Below, in pieces: positions 10,382 through 20,824 of a DNA stretch of 64,000 bases. The position numbers and the translations under genes were made by a program. The notes below the pieces were generated by a model, which saw only the letters and a program-made list of their open reading frames with translations, did no database searches and was not told the origin of the DNA. Numbering within the stretch: position 1 is the stretch's first letter; the number at the start of each line of letters is the position of its first letter. The DNA lies in the IMG/VR virus record IMGVR_UViG_3300009703_004110, positions 186,001-250,000 of that record, one strand, 5' to 3'.

Positions 10382-10516
10382 CTTTTAACTCCACTATATC
10401 TTCTACAAATTTATCAAATTCTTTATAATAACCATATTTTTCAGGTTTCATATCTTTCTCCGTAGGGATACCATAACAAGTTTCTCTCCCTCTGTGGTTA
10501 AAGTGTGTTTATATAG

Positions 10517-10547
10517 AAACCCACGCATCATATGATACATGGGCTTT
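10517..10547 (-). terminator. intrinsic terminator after vWA gene
   Basis: minus-strand GCCCATGTATC-ATAT-GATGCGTGGGT stem followed by TTC TATAT. Confidence 0.55.
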
Positions 10548-10564
10548 ATTTTATGTAATCGGCC

Positions 10565-11533
10565 TTAGGTACCGGTATCTACCGCTTCTATCACATAAAT
10601 AATAGATATAAGCGTACCAACATCTGGAATATCTGTTAGATAAACCGTATTCGTAGGCTCATCGTAATACCAATCAAACCACTCATCTGCATTTGCAAAG
10701 ACCCTGATAGTGTCTGGATCATATGGAATCTCAGATAATGGCCATTCCTCATTAAGCTCTGGCACATGGTCTCTGGCTTCCGCTAATATATTTTCCCATC
10801 TTGAGGGATCGCAGAAGCTTGCAATTTGTTCTGCTACATCAATATATCCTGTACCAATCTGCTCAACATTACACTCTGGGTAAGTTGCTGCATCAGTATC
10901 AGAATATACAATGGCAGCCTCCGTGGTTTTAAATGGATGTGATTTAAACGTAGAAATCAAAGATTCATAAGAAGCGACACTATATGAGCTTTGATCGGGC
11001 TCATCAGAGACAAAGATAATTAATAAATCAGCCTCCTGTCTGTGAAAATCGTCATCAAATGCTGTAGATTGTACTGCAACATCAATTCCTTGTTCATAAT
11101 ATCCGCTTTGACCTAAGTATGAAAAAAGTGCATTTAATTTATACTCTGCATTCGCATCATCCCATCCTACCCATCCATATGATTCATCATCTGGATCAGC
11201 AGAACGTAACATAACTCGCCATTCTAAGTCAGAAAAATCATTTCCAACCAAAGACAAATACATGTCTGGAATATAAGTTGCGAGCATTTCTTGCTCATCA
11301 CTCATCGAACCAGATTCATCTACAATAAATAAAATATCTAAAGCTTGGTTGTAAATATAACCTTGCTCCAATACACTTTCACCGACAGTTTCCTCAATAA
11401 CTTCTTCAACAACCTCTTCAATAATTACATTTTCAACAACAACTTCTTCATTAGTAACAACACCATAGTCTGGGGAACAGCTTATCGACAAAAGCAAAAA
11501 CAATCCTAATAAGGCCCTAGGCCATAGTGTCAT
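10565..11533 (-). CDS. secreted/lipoprotein-like vWA (MIDAS) domain protein
   Basis: signal peptide ending LSISC; LDILFIVDESGSM (DxSxS), IIFVSDEPDQS; acidic. Confidence 0.75.
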   Translation of the reverse strand: MTLWPRALLGLFLLLSISCSPDYGVVTNEEVVVENVIIEEVVEEVIEETVGESVLEQGYIYNQALDILFIVDESGSMSDEQEMLATYIPDMYLSLVGNDFSDLEWRVMLRSADPDDESYGWVGWDDANAEYKLNALFSYLGQSGYYEQGIDVAVQSTAFDDDFHRQEADLLIIFVSDEPDQSSYSVASYESLISTFKSHPFKTTEAAIVYSDTDAATYPECNVEQIGTGYIDVAEQIASFCDPSRWENILAEARDHVPELNEEWPLSEIPYDPDTIRVFANADEWFDWYYDEPTNTVYLTDIPDVGTLISIIYVIEAVDTGT

Positions 11534-11543
11534 AGTCTCTCCT

Positions 11544-11831
11544 TTAGCTTACCAAGTCTGCTATATTGGCGTATATCTCTGACACCACGTCAGGGTCTAT
11601 ATCGCCCTTTAACATACGAATAGCGACTTTAACTTCTTTCTTTGGAAGGCCGTATTCGTCTACAAAATCATTTGTAGTCTCTTTAATCTTCTCTCTAATT
11701 TCCTTTACTTCATCTTCATATGCTTTTAATGTCTTTACGAAGGCACGAATCTGCTCAATGCTACAAGTAGTAGCATTAGTTTTTTCGTTATCTCCGACAT
11801 ATACTTTTAATCTAATGTTTTCACCAACCAT
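11544..11831 (-). CDS. small dsDNA-binding protein, T4 DsbA / GapR-like
   Basis: helix with E..EIREKIKE, then GLPKKEVKVAIRMLK and acidic tail with EIY; resemblance by eye. Confidence 0.45.
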   Translation of the reverse strand: MVGENIRLKVYVGDNEKTNATTCSIEQIRAFVKTLKAYEDEVKEIREKIKETTNDFVDEYGLPKKEVKVAIRMLKGDIDPDVVSEIYANIADLVS

Positions 11832-11844
11832 AACAACTCCTAAT

Positions 11845-14800
11845 TTAGATTCTATATCGAATCATATGATCATACTCTGCCTCTAGAATAGCCTCCCTGA
11901 CTAATACTTCAGGGTCTAGCTCCTCTAATCTCCTATTTAACATGATACCGGCGAGAATTTTCAGCCTCTTAGCCATTTTATCAATAACTTCACTCTCTTT
12001 AATTCTCGGCTCTACACTCGTAGCACCAGAAGCTGAATCTTCAACGAACTTCAGAATAGAGCGTCTGGCCCTATTGGCCATAAGTTTCGCTACCGCTTCT
12101 GGGCTCGCTTTTCTTCCGCTGCCACCAGGCTTTACTGCTGACATTCCATATCCCGTGGTACCTGACCTAACGCTAGCTAAGTCGCCCATAGTGGCGACAC
12201 CATCTGGACCTATTTCTGATGGAGTCGCCTTGTCAGTATGAACGCCATACACATATTGTATATAACTACCAATATCTTGATCGGCGTCAGGGTCTTTTGG
12301 ATCTGGACCTTCACGAACATCATAATATTTACCAGGATGATTCATCCATCCGGTTGTATCTCCAGGACCAGATACACGTAATAAATCATTTAACTGATTT
12401 ATTTCCTGCTGACTCCATTCAATACCACGAGGATCGATCATAGTCAAAGCCTCATCTATACCAACTTCTCTACCCATAACTTCTTCAGATAGTTCCATAA
12501 CTCTTCGTACACCATAAACATTTATAATGAAGTCGATTAATTTTGCTTTAACTGAATCACTAAGCTCAGTGGATCCAGTTATATAAGAGTTATTAATCAA
12601 CCTATAAGCATTATGAGGGTCTGTCAGCAATAGAGAAATTTCATTGGTTCCAGTTTCAATGGAGTAAGTATGTAACTTAAACGTTAGCTCTTGGATTTGG
12701 GCCTTTGTTTGTGGATCCGGATCTCTAGCGTATCTCTTGTATAGAGACATAACCTTTGGAATCATAGTTTTTGCGTCAGCCTGCCTATGAGACGGGTAGC
12801 CGGCGTAACCAAGCTTGCCCTTTCTCTGCGCATATAACTGCTCAAATATATCTGCAGAGTAAAATTCTAGAGAACCTTTCTCGGGCCTCTTCGAAGGTGT
12901 GCGATATGAACCAGTGGTTGTTTTAAATCTCAATGGAAGCTCATTCCTTCTGGATCTAAGCTCTTCCATTCTTAAGTCGTGAGCCTCTTTAAGTCTCGCA
13001 GACATATCATCGTATGCCTCTCCCTTTAAGTCTCCAATCTTTTCAATGGCTCGGCTATACTGCTGAACAGCTTCTTCCATCAGACCCTCAACTCTATAAA
13101 GAGTTAAGTAATCAGGTTCAGATAAGCCTCTTTGGAACAAGAATGATATATCTACCGGCTCTCCAGCAAGATCCACTACAACAGAGAAGTCAAGAACCTT
13201 AAGCTCTGTTTGTGCCGCAGTTGATTTAGCCTGCCTAGTTCCTCTATGGAATGGCAAACTAATACCTACGAAACCTGCTCCACCATATCCCTGCTCTACG
13301 GCAGGCCACTGCTGCATGATAGCTTTATTCTGCTTCATTGAGCGTGCGTCAACCATTCCAATCTGCATCTTTGAAGAATCAAAGTTAAGCTCTGGGTTAA
13401 CAATATGTGACTGATTAGGATATCTAGTATCAGGCATATCTGTAATCTGATATCCAGAAGTTCCAATCTTTGGTACTCGTTGATTATTCCATATATACCC
13501 AACATTGCTATTTCTAAGCGGCATGTTGGCTACAGGGAAAAATTTGTTTAGTTCTGATACAATCCACTCAGACGTCTGATCCGTAGACTCACTAAGCTTG
13601 GTTCCAACAAACTCCTTGGCCCTACTGATATTCTGAGGTGTCGTAGCAAAACGATTTGCCCAACTTATAATTAACACAAGCCTCTGATAGGCTCTATCGA
13701 TCTTATCGGTAGTAAGCTCGTCATCTTCATTTAAGAATAAGCTCTCATAATCTTGGCCATGAAGAGGCTCTTCATCAATGTTGTCCAAGAAGTCTTGAGT
13801 CATATTCATAATTGTATTAGGGTCAGTTAAATCAACACCAATATCATAGCCAATGTATCTATCACTTCCTTCAACAAGGTACTCTTGTGCAAATTCTGAA
13901 ATTGCAGACGCCATGTAAGACGAGAACGCCAGTAAGAACATCTTCTGTATGTACAATGATACACCGACGGCTCTCTTCTTCTTTTCAGGTGAGGCGGACT
14001 CTGGAGTTGATGCTAAGTAATACAGTAGCTTTTGAGAACCGCCGACTGCTCCTTCGGCAAATTTAATAGCAGCTCTTTCGACTCTGTTAATAAATCTTCT
14101 TTGGGCAGTAGCAGGAAGTATTGCCCTACCAGTCTCATCAGACTCAACAAAATCCTTGATAGCTTTAGATAATACATTTACAGCAATATCCTTAGAAGTA
14201 TCCCATGGTTTAATAACCGAAAAAGTCTCTACGTATGACTCAATTTTGGCAACCAAGCCAGCGACGTTTGAAGCCACATAATCATCAACTTCTACGGCGC
14301 CATCTATCTCTGCAATTTCAGCTAAAGCCTTAGAGGCAAGCGGCTCAAGGGGTACTGGAGTTTTCTTTGTAATCAAAAAGACTTCTGCCATTCCAGTATC
14401 AACAATTCCATTGTTCCAAACAGCTATAACGTTCAATGCCGATCTTAGAGCCCTAGCAAGAGCGCCTGTTTTGGCGTTGCAGTAATCTTCTAGATTTGTA
14501 ATCGTACCTCTATGTGACTCGATCGAAATAGAGCCAGGTATTGGACTCACCTTCTTTCTGCTATCTATATCAAATGCGGCCTTTCTATAGTCATCAGCCC
14601 ACTGTCTTTCAGAAGTAGTAATGCCAACGCCATCCCTACCGAGAGTTGTGTCTAACACTTCTTGTCGTATACCTTCATAGTATCCCCTTCCAAGCAGTGC
14701 TGCACTTGCGCTTCCTTCTCCGGACCAGGCCTGTAGCGCCAATCTCAATGAGTCTTTGAAGACGTAATCTCCATCAGGACCTTTAATCTTTAGATACACG

Positions 14801-17800
14801 ATTCTATTTAGTGCTCTTTTGTATTCTTCTGGATCTGATTGAGCTAGCGCTGCCAACCCTGAACGCTGCCTGAACGCATTAACCTCTCGGTCCTTTGGTT
14901 CTGCTTCCATCCATTCGTCATAGTAAACGTATCTTCTGGTAGAAAGAGGGTCTAGCTTCATAATGTCCCCTCTTATACGTAGATGCTCCCATGCTTGAGA
15001 TTTACCGCTTACAATGTCGCGATAATTAGACATCTTGTCGCCTCTTAGGCTCATGGACATATGAGATTCACCAAATTTGATACTGTCTTCTATCTTAAAC
15101 CTATGACCGAATGGACATACCAATAGGAATCCTTTTAGACTGTTAAACAATGGGTCTTTCGCTTTAGCCATGCCTTCGGATATAAGCTTTGATAGCTTAG
15201 TTATCCTACTTCGAATTCTAGCTGCCTCAACAGTAGTCGGGGCTTGTGGTTGTGGTTCATTAACAAGCTCTGGAAGAACTGACATAATATCACTAACATC
15301 AACACCCTCTTTCAAGAAATATTCTAGCAGGTCTACAAACAATCCTGGATTTTGTGGATTCTTATGTATCTCTCGCATCATTGAAATAAAGCCATCTGAG
15401 CTTTGCGGATTTCGATCAAAAGAAGATAATGAAGTCTGTGCTCCACAAACCAAATATCCCAATGAGCCATCAGGTATGTCTGCGTCAGGCTCTCCTAAAG
15501 GATTTGTTGGAAGGGGCTGTGTACTCTCCATATCTCTGTGATGTATCCCAGTATATGGTATTGCATAAGTGGTGTGAGTCTTATTTACATGCTGCCCACT
15601 TACTTCGTCCTTAATCATATCTGGAGATATACGACATGGGCACCTGAAGAAGTTTTTAGAGAACTTATATCCACCAGCACCACGTGACTTCATATGGTCA
15701 CGTAAGTCTGCATCAGAATCTTTTATTCTTGACTCATGGGAGCCATTATTCCTGCTTAGAGAACCTGGAGTCCATCCCGGCTGAATAATACCAGTGTAAT
15801 CAGCAGACTCTCTTACCTTTCTGCTTAGCAATCTTAAGCCACGTTTTACATTATAGACCTCAGTCTGATCAGTATATGACTCTATATCTAAATCTTTAAT
15901 AATTTCTTGAGCCTCTAAAACAGTGGCCCTATCCAAAGTTGCAGGATTGGCTGAAATCAGCTCTAAGGCGTATTCGATCTTTTCTCTATCAGATGCCATC
16001 TCTCCCGGCTTAGGTCTCACTAAGGATTCCTGCCTGGTTAGCTTCTGTAATGAGATACCACAAGACGAATTCTGAGTAGGATATGGGCAACGGAACATAT
16101 TTTGATTTACATTATGCGTTCCAAGTACTCGTCCGCCAAGCTGTGAAATAGCGGCGGCCCTTCTCTGCCATCCTTCTTCGTGTTTTGGTATGCTATTTGA
16201 CGCAATTAAAGCTCTGATCTCATCCCAGGTTTTAGCGCCCTGATAATTTCCTACTGCTGGAGCGTTAAATGGTCCGGCCCCTTGTAACTTCTTAGTAGTT
16301 ATTGGAGTGTCAGTTTCGACATTGTATGGAACTACCATAGGAACATCAAAACCTCTGTACTCAATATCTGCCTTTTTAGCCTTTGGAGTGGTCCAATTTA
16401 TCTCTTTGTAGCATACCGGGCAATTTGATCTTGAAGAATAAACAGTCGATACTCCTGACTGCTTACCATGCAAACTTCTAAATGCTCTCTGAATTGTAAA
16501 TCCGGTCTTAATGTCAAGAGCCTGGATAGTATCTTTTCTATCTGAATAGAATGAAGGTGAGTTTACATCAAATACTTCAAAATACTTAGACCTAATAGAA
16601 GATCTCGCTCTGGCAAGATAGTTATTCCTAAGCTCTCCGTTATCAATTTCTTCGTTATTTATGTTAGTACCATCTGAAGTCTTAAATGTAACAGCCTTAG
16701 AGCCTGTAATATGTCCAAATAGAGAGTAATTTATGCAGAAAGCTAAGGAGTAATACAGTGTATCAAATAAATCTGTATCATTACGAAGCCTAGTTGAGAG
16801 AAGATCGCTGGTTAGTTCCAAATTAAAGTTACTAAACGCCTTCTGCCCACCAAGTGCCTGCATAATTGCGCTTCTATTGTCAAGGACGAAAAGCCTTGTT
16901 TCCCAATCCTTTGCCTTTACAGCGTGGAATAGTTTATTAAATTTTTGCCTAGAAGAACCTGCCCTAGCTTTATCGCGCTCATAAACACTTTCAGTTTCGC
17001 GGTTGATGGCAAGCAACGCTTCTCTAATCTTATTGTAAGTGGTACTAAGACCTTCGGCATTAACATAAGGAACGCCATCTGGCCCTAGCTCTACAAATGC
17101 CGGCATACCAGACAGAAATGCCGCCTGCAATATAGCAGTTGGATCATCTACATCAGATGCATCTCTTCCTCTCTCCTCTAGATTGGCTTCATCATCTTCA
17201 TCTAAAGACGTTTGATTCGGCTTTAAAATCCTTACCTTCTGATCTTTCTTTTTACGTTTAGGTTTTTCTACTGGCAGCTCTGCTGTCGGCGGAACAGTTT
17301 CTGCTGACATATCTTCAAGCTGCTTAACCCAGGCATCAATAAAATCTAAGCTCTCAGTCGGGTCTCCACTAAATGGGAGAATCAAGTTCTTGATATTTCT
17401 AATGGTTTTAGAGATATTTCCAAGTAGTATTCGTGAGCTTTCTACTCGCCACTTTGGGTACGCAGTCTGTGGAGGTGATAACCTAACAAGGTCCGCCTCT
17501 GCTTTCGTCATTCTCTGTGTATCCAAATCCTCTTCGGCTTCTTCGATTTCTTCTTCTTGATCATCTGGGAGTGCCACGTCTTCATCTTCTAATCCACCCG
17601 GAAGATCTGCATCTTCGTCATCTGGCAAATCTTGATGGATATACGCGCCTGATGGTGCCTCTGGAGTAACCTCTACAATTCTTCGGTCTTCTCGTTTGTC
17701 ATCATCTGCGGCATTCTCTGCTCTTCCAGCGGCAGCACGAACCTTGTCTAAGCCGGCAAGCATTTCACTTGAAGTTGCCGACATAAAATTGTCAAGACCA

Positions 17801-18003
17801 ACGGATTGGATGATCTGCCTGATATTGAATTGCACAAGAAAGGTACCAACAAGCTTTAGGGATTCACGCAGGTCTGCCTTCTTCCCTCTAGAAAGAAGAT
17901 CTGCATGTATCTGTGACAAAAGTGCTTTATATTTTCTGGTATACTCAAAGCTATTAAGTCCAACTAAAATATTTTCGAGCGTTTCTTGATCTGCAATTTG
18001 CAT
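11845..18003 (-). CDS. very large (2052 aa) orphan protein with several Cys clusters
   Basis: uninterrupted 6.2-kb ORF; acidic N-terminus; CPVC, CPY..SC, CPC, VCG, CPFGH. Confidence 0.85.
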   Translation of the reverse strand: MQIADQETLENILVGLNSFEYTRKYKALLSQIHADLLSRGKKADLRESLKLVGTFLVQFNIRQIIQSVGLDNFMSATSSEMLAGLDKVRAAAGRAENAADDDKREDRRIVEVTPEAPSGAYIHQDLPDDEDADLPGGLEDEDVALPDDQEEEIEEAEEDLDTQRMTKAEADLVRLSPPQTAYPKWRVESSRILLGNISKTIRNIKNLILPFSGDPTESLDFIDAWVKQLEDMSAETVPPTAELPVEKPKRKKKDQKVRILKPNQTSLDEDDEANLEERGRDASDVDDPTAILQAAFLSGMPAFVELGPDGVPYVNAEGLSTTYNKIREALLAINRETESVYERDKARAGSSRQKFNKLFHAVKAKDWETRLFVLDNRSAIMQALGGQKAFSNFNLELTSDLLSTRLRNDTDLFDTLYYSLAFCINYSLFGHITGSKAVTFKTSDGTNINNEEIDNGELRNNYLARARSSIRSKYFEVFDVNSPSFYSDRKDTIQALDIKTGFTIQRAFRSLHGKQSGVSTVYSSRSNCPVCYKEINWTTPKAKKADIEYRGFDVPMVVPYNVETDTPITTKKLQGAGPFNAPAVGNYQGAKTWDEIRALIASNSIPKHEEGWQRRAAAISQLGGRVLGTHNVNQNMFRCPYPTQNSSCGISLQKLTRQESLVRPKPGEMASDREKIEYALELISANPATLDRATVLEAQEIIKDLDIESYTDQTEVYNVKRGLRLLSRKVRESADYTGIIQPGWTPGSLSRNNGSHESRIKDSDADLRDHMKSRGAGGYKFSKNFFRCPCRISPDMIKDEVSGQHVNKTHTTYAIPYTGIHHRDMESTQPLPTNPLGEPDADIPDGSLGYLVCGAQTSLSSFDRNPQSSDGFISMMREIHKNPQNPGLFVDLLEYFLKEGVDVSDIMSVLPELVNEPQPQAPTTVEAARIRSRITKLSKLISEGMAKAKDPLFNSLKGFLLVCPFGHRFKIEDSIKFGESHMSMSLRGDKMSNYRDIVSGKSQAWEHLRIRGDIMKLDPLSTRRYVYYDEWMEAEPKDREVNAFRQRSGLAALAQSDPEEYKRALNRIVYLKIKGPDGDYVFKDSLRLALQAWSGEGSASAALLGRGYYEGIRQEVLDTTLGRDGVGITTSERQWADDYRKAAFDIDSRKKVSPIPGSISIESHRGTITNLEDYCNAKTGALARALRSALNVIAVWNNGIVDTGMAEVFLITKKTPVPLEPLASKALAEIAEIDGAVEVDDYVASNVAGLVAKIESYVETFSVIKPWDTSKDIAVNVLSKAIKDFVESDETGRAILPATAQRRFINRVERAAIKFAEGAVGGSQKLLYYLASTPESASPEKKKRAVGVSLYIQKMFLLAFSSYMASAISEFAQEYLVEGSDRYIGYDIGVDLTDPNTIMNMTQDFLDNIDEEPLHGQDYESLFLNEDDELTTDKIDRAYQRLVLIISWANRFATTPQNISRAKEFVGTKLSESTDQTSEWIVSELNKFFPVANMPLRNSNVGYIWNNQRVPKIGTSGYQITDMPDTRYPNQSHIVNPELNFDSSKMQIGMVDARSMKQNKAIMQQWPAVEQGYGGAGFVGISLPFHRGTRQAKSTAAQTELKVLDFSVVVDLAGEPVDISFLFQRGLSEPDYLTLYRVEGLMEEAVQQYSRAIEKIGDLKGEAYDDMSARLKEAHDLRMEELRSRRNELPLRFKTTTGSYRTPSKRPEKGSLEFYSADIFEQLYAQRKGKLGYAGYPSHRQADAKTMIPKVMSLYKRYARDPDPQTKAQIQELTFKLHTYSIETGTNEISLLLTDPHNAYRLINNSYITGSTELSDSVKAKLIDFIINVYGVRRVMELSEEVMGREVGIDEALTMIDPRGIEWSQQEINQLNDLLRVSGPGDTTGWMNHPGKYYDVREGPDPKDPDADQDIGSYIQYVYGVHTDKATPSEIGPDGVATMGDLASVRSGTTGYGMSAVKPGGSGRKASPEAVAKLMANRARRSILKFVEDSASGATSVEPRIKESEVIDKMAKRLKILAGIMLNRRLEELDPEVLVREAILEAEYDHMIRYRI

Positions 18004-18034
18004 TATATTACCCTATCAGATGTTCAAACTATAC

Positions 18035-19381
18035 CTAATCATTAGTAGCTGAATCTGTATAGAGATCACCGATTCTCTCTACAGCTACTTCGAAGGCCCG
18101 CTGGAGCTTTGCCTCCTCAGACCTGGTCTTTGCTACGAGTATAATACTGTCGTTTCTAGATAGATTTAGAAAATTAGTACAAGTTTTGTTTATTTTCGTA
18201 GTTAATGCCTGATTATCAGCATTTTTATTAAGTTCTAAAATAGAGCTTCCAATAATATCTGATAAAACGTCAGGAGGGGTCTTCCCGTATAAATCTAGTG
18301 TCACTATATCCCATAGAGGCCTCATCATTAGGGATTTAAAGTACGTAATTTCCCCATCTTTATTCATAGCCTTTATATTTGATAAAGAGTCGGCAAAGTA
18401 TGGAGTTAGATCAGAGTCATTACAGACTATCTTTTTATATAACAAGGAAAGCTTTTCATTTCCGGTCCTTTCCATCGGCAATAAAATTCCGTAAACCCTA
18501 TTCTTTGTCTGCTTGTCCTTATCTTTTGCTATCGTTTGGTAAATTGCAGGCTTAATACCAAATAAAATATATCCTATTTGGGGTGTTGTACCGTCGAACC
18601 CCGATTCTTTGTAAATTGGATTTCCATCTATTGGATAATCTGAAATCAAATTATGCAACTTATGAATACGGCCAAAATAGGGGTTCTCTCCCATGGTTCC
18701 ATCTACAATGCTTGGAAGCACCTCAAGAGCTTTGTTATAGCTTTTAAAAAGTCCGCTCTTTAGATTGGATATGATACTTTCCAAGCTCTTAATTGCATCA
18801 TATACCTCAATCGCAGAATCTGTTTCTGGCAAAGACACTGATCGAATGGATTCTTCTAAATATAATCCCGCAGAATATAGAATCGCCTGTACGCGCGCGC
18901 GCTCCTTGCCAATTCTAGCAGGCTCTAACTTAATAAGCTCTGTGATACTGGCCTTAGAGATGCGCTCTTTCTCAGCAGCTATTGTACTGCCATTTTTATT
19001 GACCTCTAAAGATATTAGTTGATCGTAAAAGTAAGGATTCTGAATTACGTTAATTTCTTGGACTCTAATACCAAGAAACTCATCTCTTTTATCCAATAAA
19101 TACTCAAGTCTTTTCTCAAATTTTGAAGCAAGCATATCCAGACTGAAACAACCATAAGATTCATAGAACTTATGTCTTGAAGTTCTATATAGTTGTATAG
19201 CATAAGAAATTTCATCTGTAGTAGTAAATCCCATAGAGTGGAAGGGAATGTTTAAAAATTCCACTTCCATATCTAAGAGTCTTTTTTGTGCAGGTGATAA
19301 CTTCTCAAGGCTTTTCAACATTCGAACGCGGTATTCAGCTATATCTAGTTCGTTCTGAATATACTTAGCAACTTGTGTCAT
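18035..19381 (-). CDS. hypothetical protein (448 aa)
   Basis: long ORF coupled to the sigma gene. Confidence 0.8.
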   Translation of the reverse strand: MTQVAKYIQNELDIAEYRVRMLKSLEKLSPAQKRLLDMEVEFLNIPFHSMGFTTTDEISYAIQLYRTSRHKFYESYGCFSLDMLASKFEKRLEYLLDKRDEFLGIRVQEINVIQNPYFYDQLISLEVNKNGSTIAAEKERISKASITELIKLEPARIGKERARVQAILYSAGLYLEESIRSVSLPETDSAIEVYDAIKSLESIISNLKSGLFKSYNKALEVLPSIVDGTMGENPYFGRIHKLHNLISDYPIDGNPIYKESGFDGTTPQIGYILFGIKPAIYQTIAKDKDKQTKNRVYGILLPMERTGNEKLSLLYKKIVCNDSDLTPYFADSLSNIKAMNKDGEITYFKSLMMRPLWDIVTLDLYGKTPPDVLSDIIGSSILELNKNADNQALTTKINKTCTNFLNLSRNDSIILVAKTRSEEAKLQRAFEVAVERIGDLYTDSATND

Positions 19382-20070
19382 TTTTCTAATTTATCGAATA
19401 TATCCTTAAACGATCTTTTGTTCGAGAGATTCTTAAGTCTCATACTTGCAGCCCAACCAGATAGTCCTACCTTTCTAGCAGCGTCTTTAATGGTGTAATC
19501 TTGAAAGTAAACCAACTCAATTATCTTAGCAGTCTTAGCGTCTACTTTCTTAAGCAATTTTTGCAAAGAGATTTGGAAATCAATAGACTCGTAACTCATT
19601 CTTCTACGTCCATAAATTCTATCATCCTCGGAGACTGAATTTTCGAACGGAATAAGCTCATTGTCATTGTTTACAGGTGTGCACTGGCTGAAGTTAAGCT
19701 CTTCACGAACTCTCTGAATTTTGCTAGTGCTCTCCCTTATACCAGAATCATCAAAAATGAAGGCGTCATTGGACATCTTATTTTCACTACGCAACTTAGA
19801 GATAAACTTGTTTCTTAAGTGCGTCTGGAGAAAGGTACTTAACTTGACACCACGATTAGGATCATATGCGTATATACCATCAATCGCGAGAATAGATAAT
19901 TCCTGCTTTATATCTTCGAAATTATATCCCGGTAGATATGTTCCTGAGGCCATACCACATAATAGTGGCTCAATTTTTGCAAGCACTTTGTCAATGCCTT
20001 CTCCAGTTATAGTATCAACGTAAATGACTTCATCATATACAGATACAGATTCTGCGTACTTATTTTTCAT
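19378..20070 (-). CDS. phage sigma-70-family RNA polymerase sigma factor
   Basis: region 2 EDIKQE...YDPNRGVKLSTFL...LRN; region 4 IIELVYFQDYTIKDAARKVGLS; start re-called at MKNKY after GGAG. Confidence 0.85.
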   Translation of the reverse strand: MKNKYAESVSVYDEVIYVDTITGEGIDKVLAKIEPLLCGMASGTYLPGYNFEDIKQELSILAIDGIYAYDPNRGVKLSTFLQTHLRNKFISKLRSENKMSNDAFIFDDSGIRESTSKIQRVREELNFSQCTPVNNDNELIPFENSVSEDDRIYGRRRMSYESIDFQISLQKLLKKVDAKTAKIIELVYFQDYTIKDAARKVGLSGWAASMRLKNLSNKRSFKDIFDKLEK

Positions 20071-20813
20071 ATTAAATCTCCATCGCCTACCCAGGCATCT
20101 TGACATATTGACTTATAGTCACACCAATCACATAAGAACGTCGGCTTCTTCTTCCACTCTTCATCTAGAGTGATAGAAGTGCCTACATGTAGGATTCTTT
20201 CTTGAACTCTTACATAGTCGTCTTCACTGAAGGTCCAACCTTTTAAAACTGACTTGTGTTTTAACATACAATACGATCCACTAATCAGCCTGGCGTCCGG
20301 ATATATCTCCTGGATAGCTAGAGCATATAAAATTAGCTGAAAATCAGTAAGATACTTGCTAGATTTACTAGTTTTATAGTCAACTACATGATATTCGCCT
20401 GGGCCAACCTTGTCAATACGGTCAATAATGCCTCTAACCTTGTAATCTCCAATCATAAAATTAAATGGAAGCTCTGTTGCCACAACTTCTGGCAGGCCCT
20501 CTCTCTTGATTAAATCGAGATAGTCCTGCAATATTTCTCTTAGAAATGGCAGATCAGGTTTTAACAAAGCAACATTGAACTCTTTTAAAGATTTCTTGAA
20601 GCATTCTCTCATAATAGTGGGATATTCTTCTGGCTTGCGAACATTTGCACATAAGTCCATGTGAAATAATTCAAGTACACGGTGAGCACAACTTCCAAAT
20701 TCTAAGTGCGGCCACTCTTTCTTTTCTATTTCTGGTTTTTCAATATACCTATAATGGTAATTCTTTGGGCACTTTTCATAAGTGCCCATAGATGAGGCTG
20801 ATAATTTTAACAT
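20067..20813 (-). CDS. PD-(D/E)XK nuclease (RecB/AddB/Cas4-like, probable Fe-S)
   Basis: LSAS...CPKNY, GIIDRID, VVDYKT, QLILY, CDWCDYKSIC. Confidence 0.9.
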   Translation of the reverse strand: MLKLSASSMGTYEKCPKNYHYRYIEKPEIEKKEWPHLEFGSCAHRVLELFHMDLCANVRKPEEYPTIMRECFKKSLKEFNVALLKPDLPFLREILQDYLDLIKREGLPEVVATELPFNFMIGDYKVRGIIDRIDKVGPGEYHVVDYKTSKSSKYLTDFQLILYALAIQEIYPDARLISGSYCMLKHKSVLKGWTFSEDDYVRVQERILHVGTSITLDEEWKKKPTFLCDWCDYKSICQDAWVGDGDLI

Positions 20814-20824
20814 ATTTTTCTACC

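Noticed and set aside
10369-10452. 27-codon ORF MKPEKYGYY... upstream of dnaE
   Set aside because: Too short and without homology cues to support, although a GGAG precedes it.
11845-18003. Giant ORF as an RNA polymerase subunit
   Set aside because: No NADFDGD/DxDGD or other recognisable double-psi-barrel motif by eye; remote homology cannot be excluded without a structure search.
20067-20813. Cas4 of a CRISPR-Cas system
   Set aside because: No cas1/cas2 or other cas genes and no repeat-spacer array in the window; such nucleases are common in phage recombination modules.
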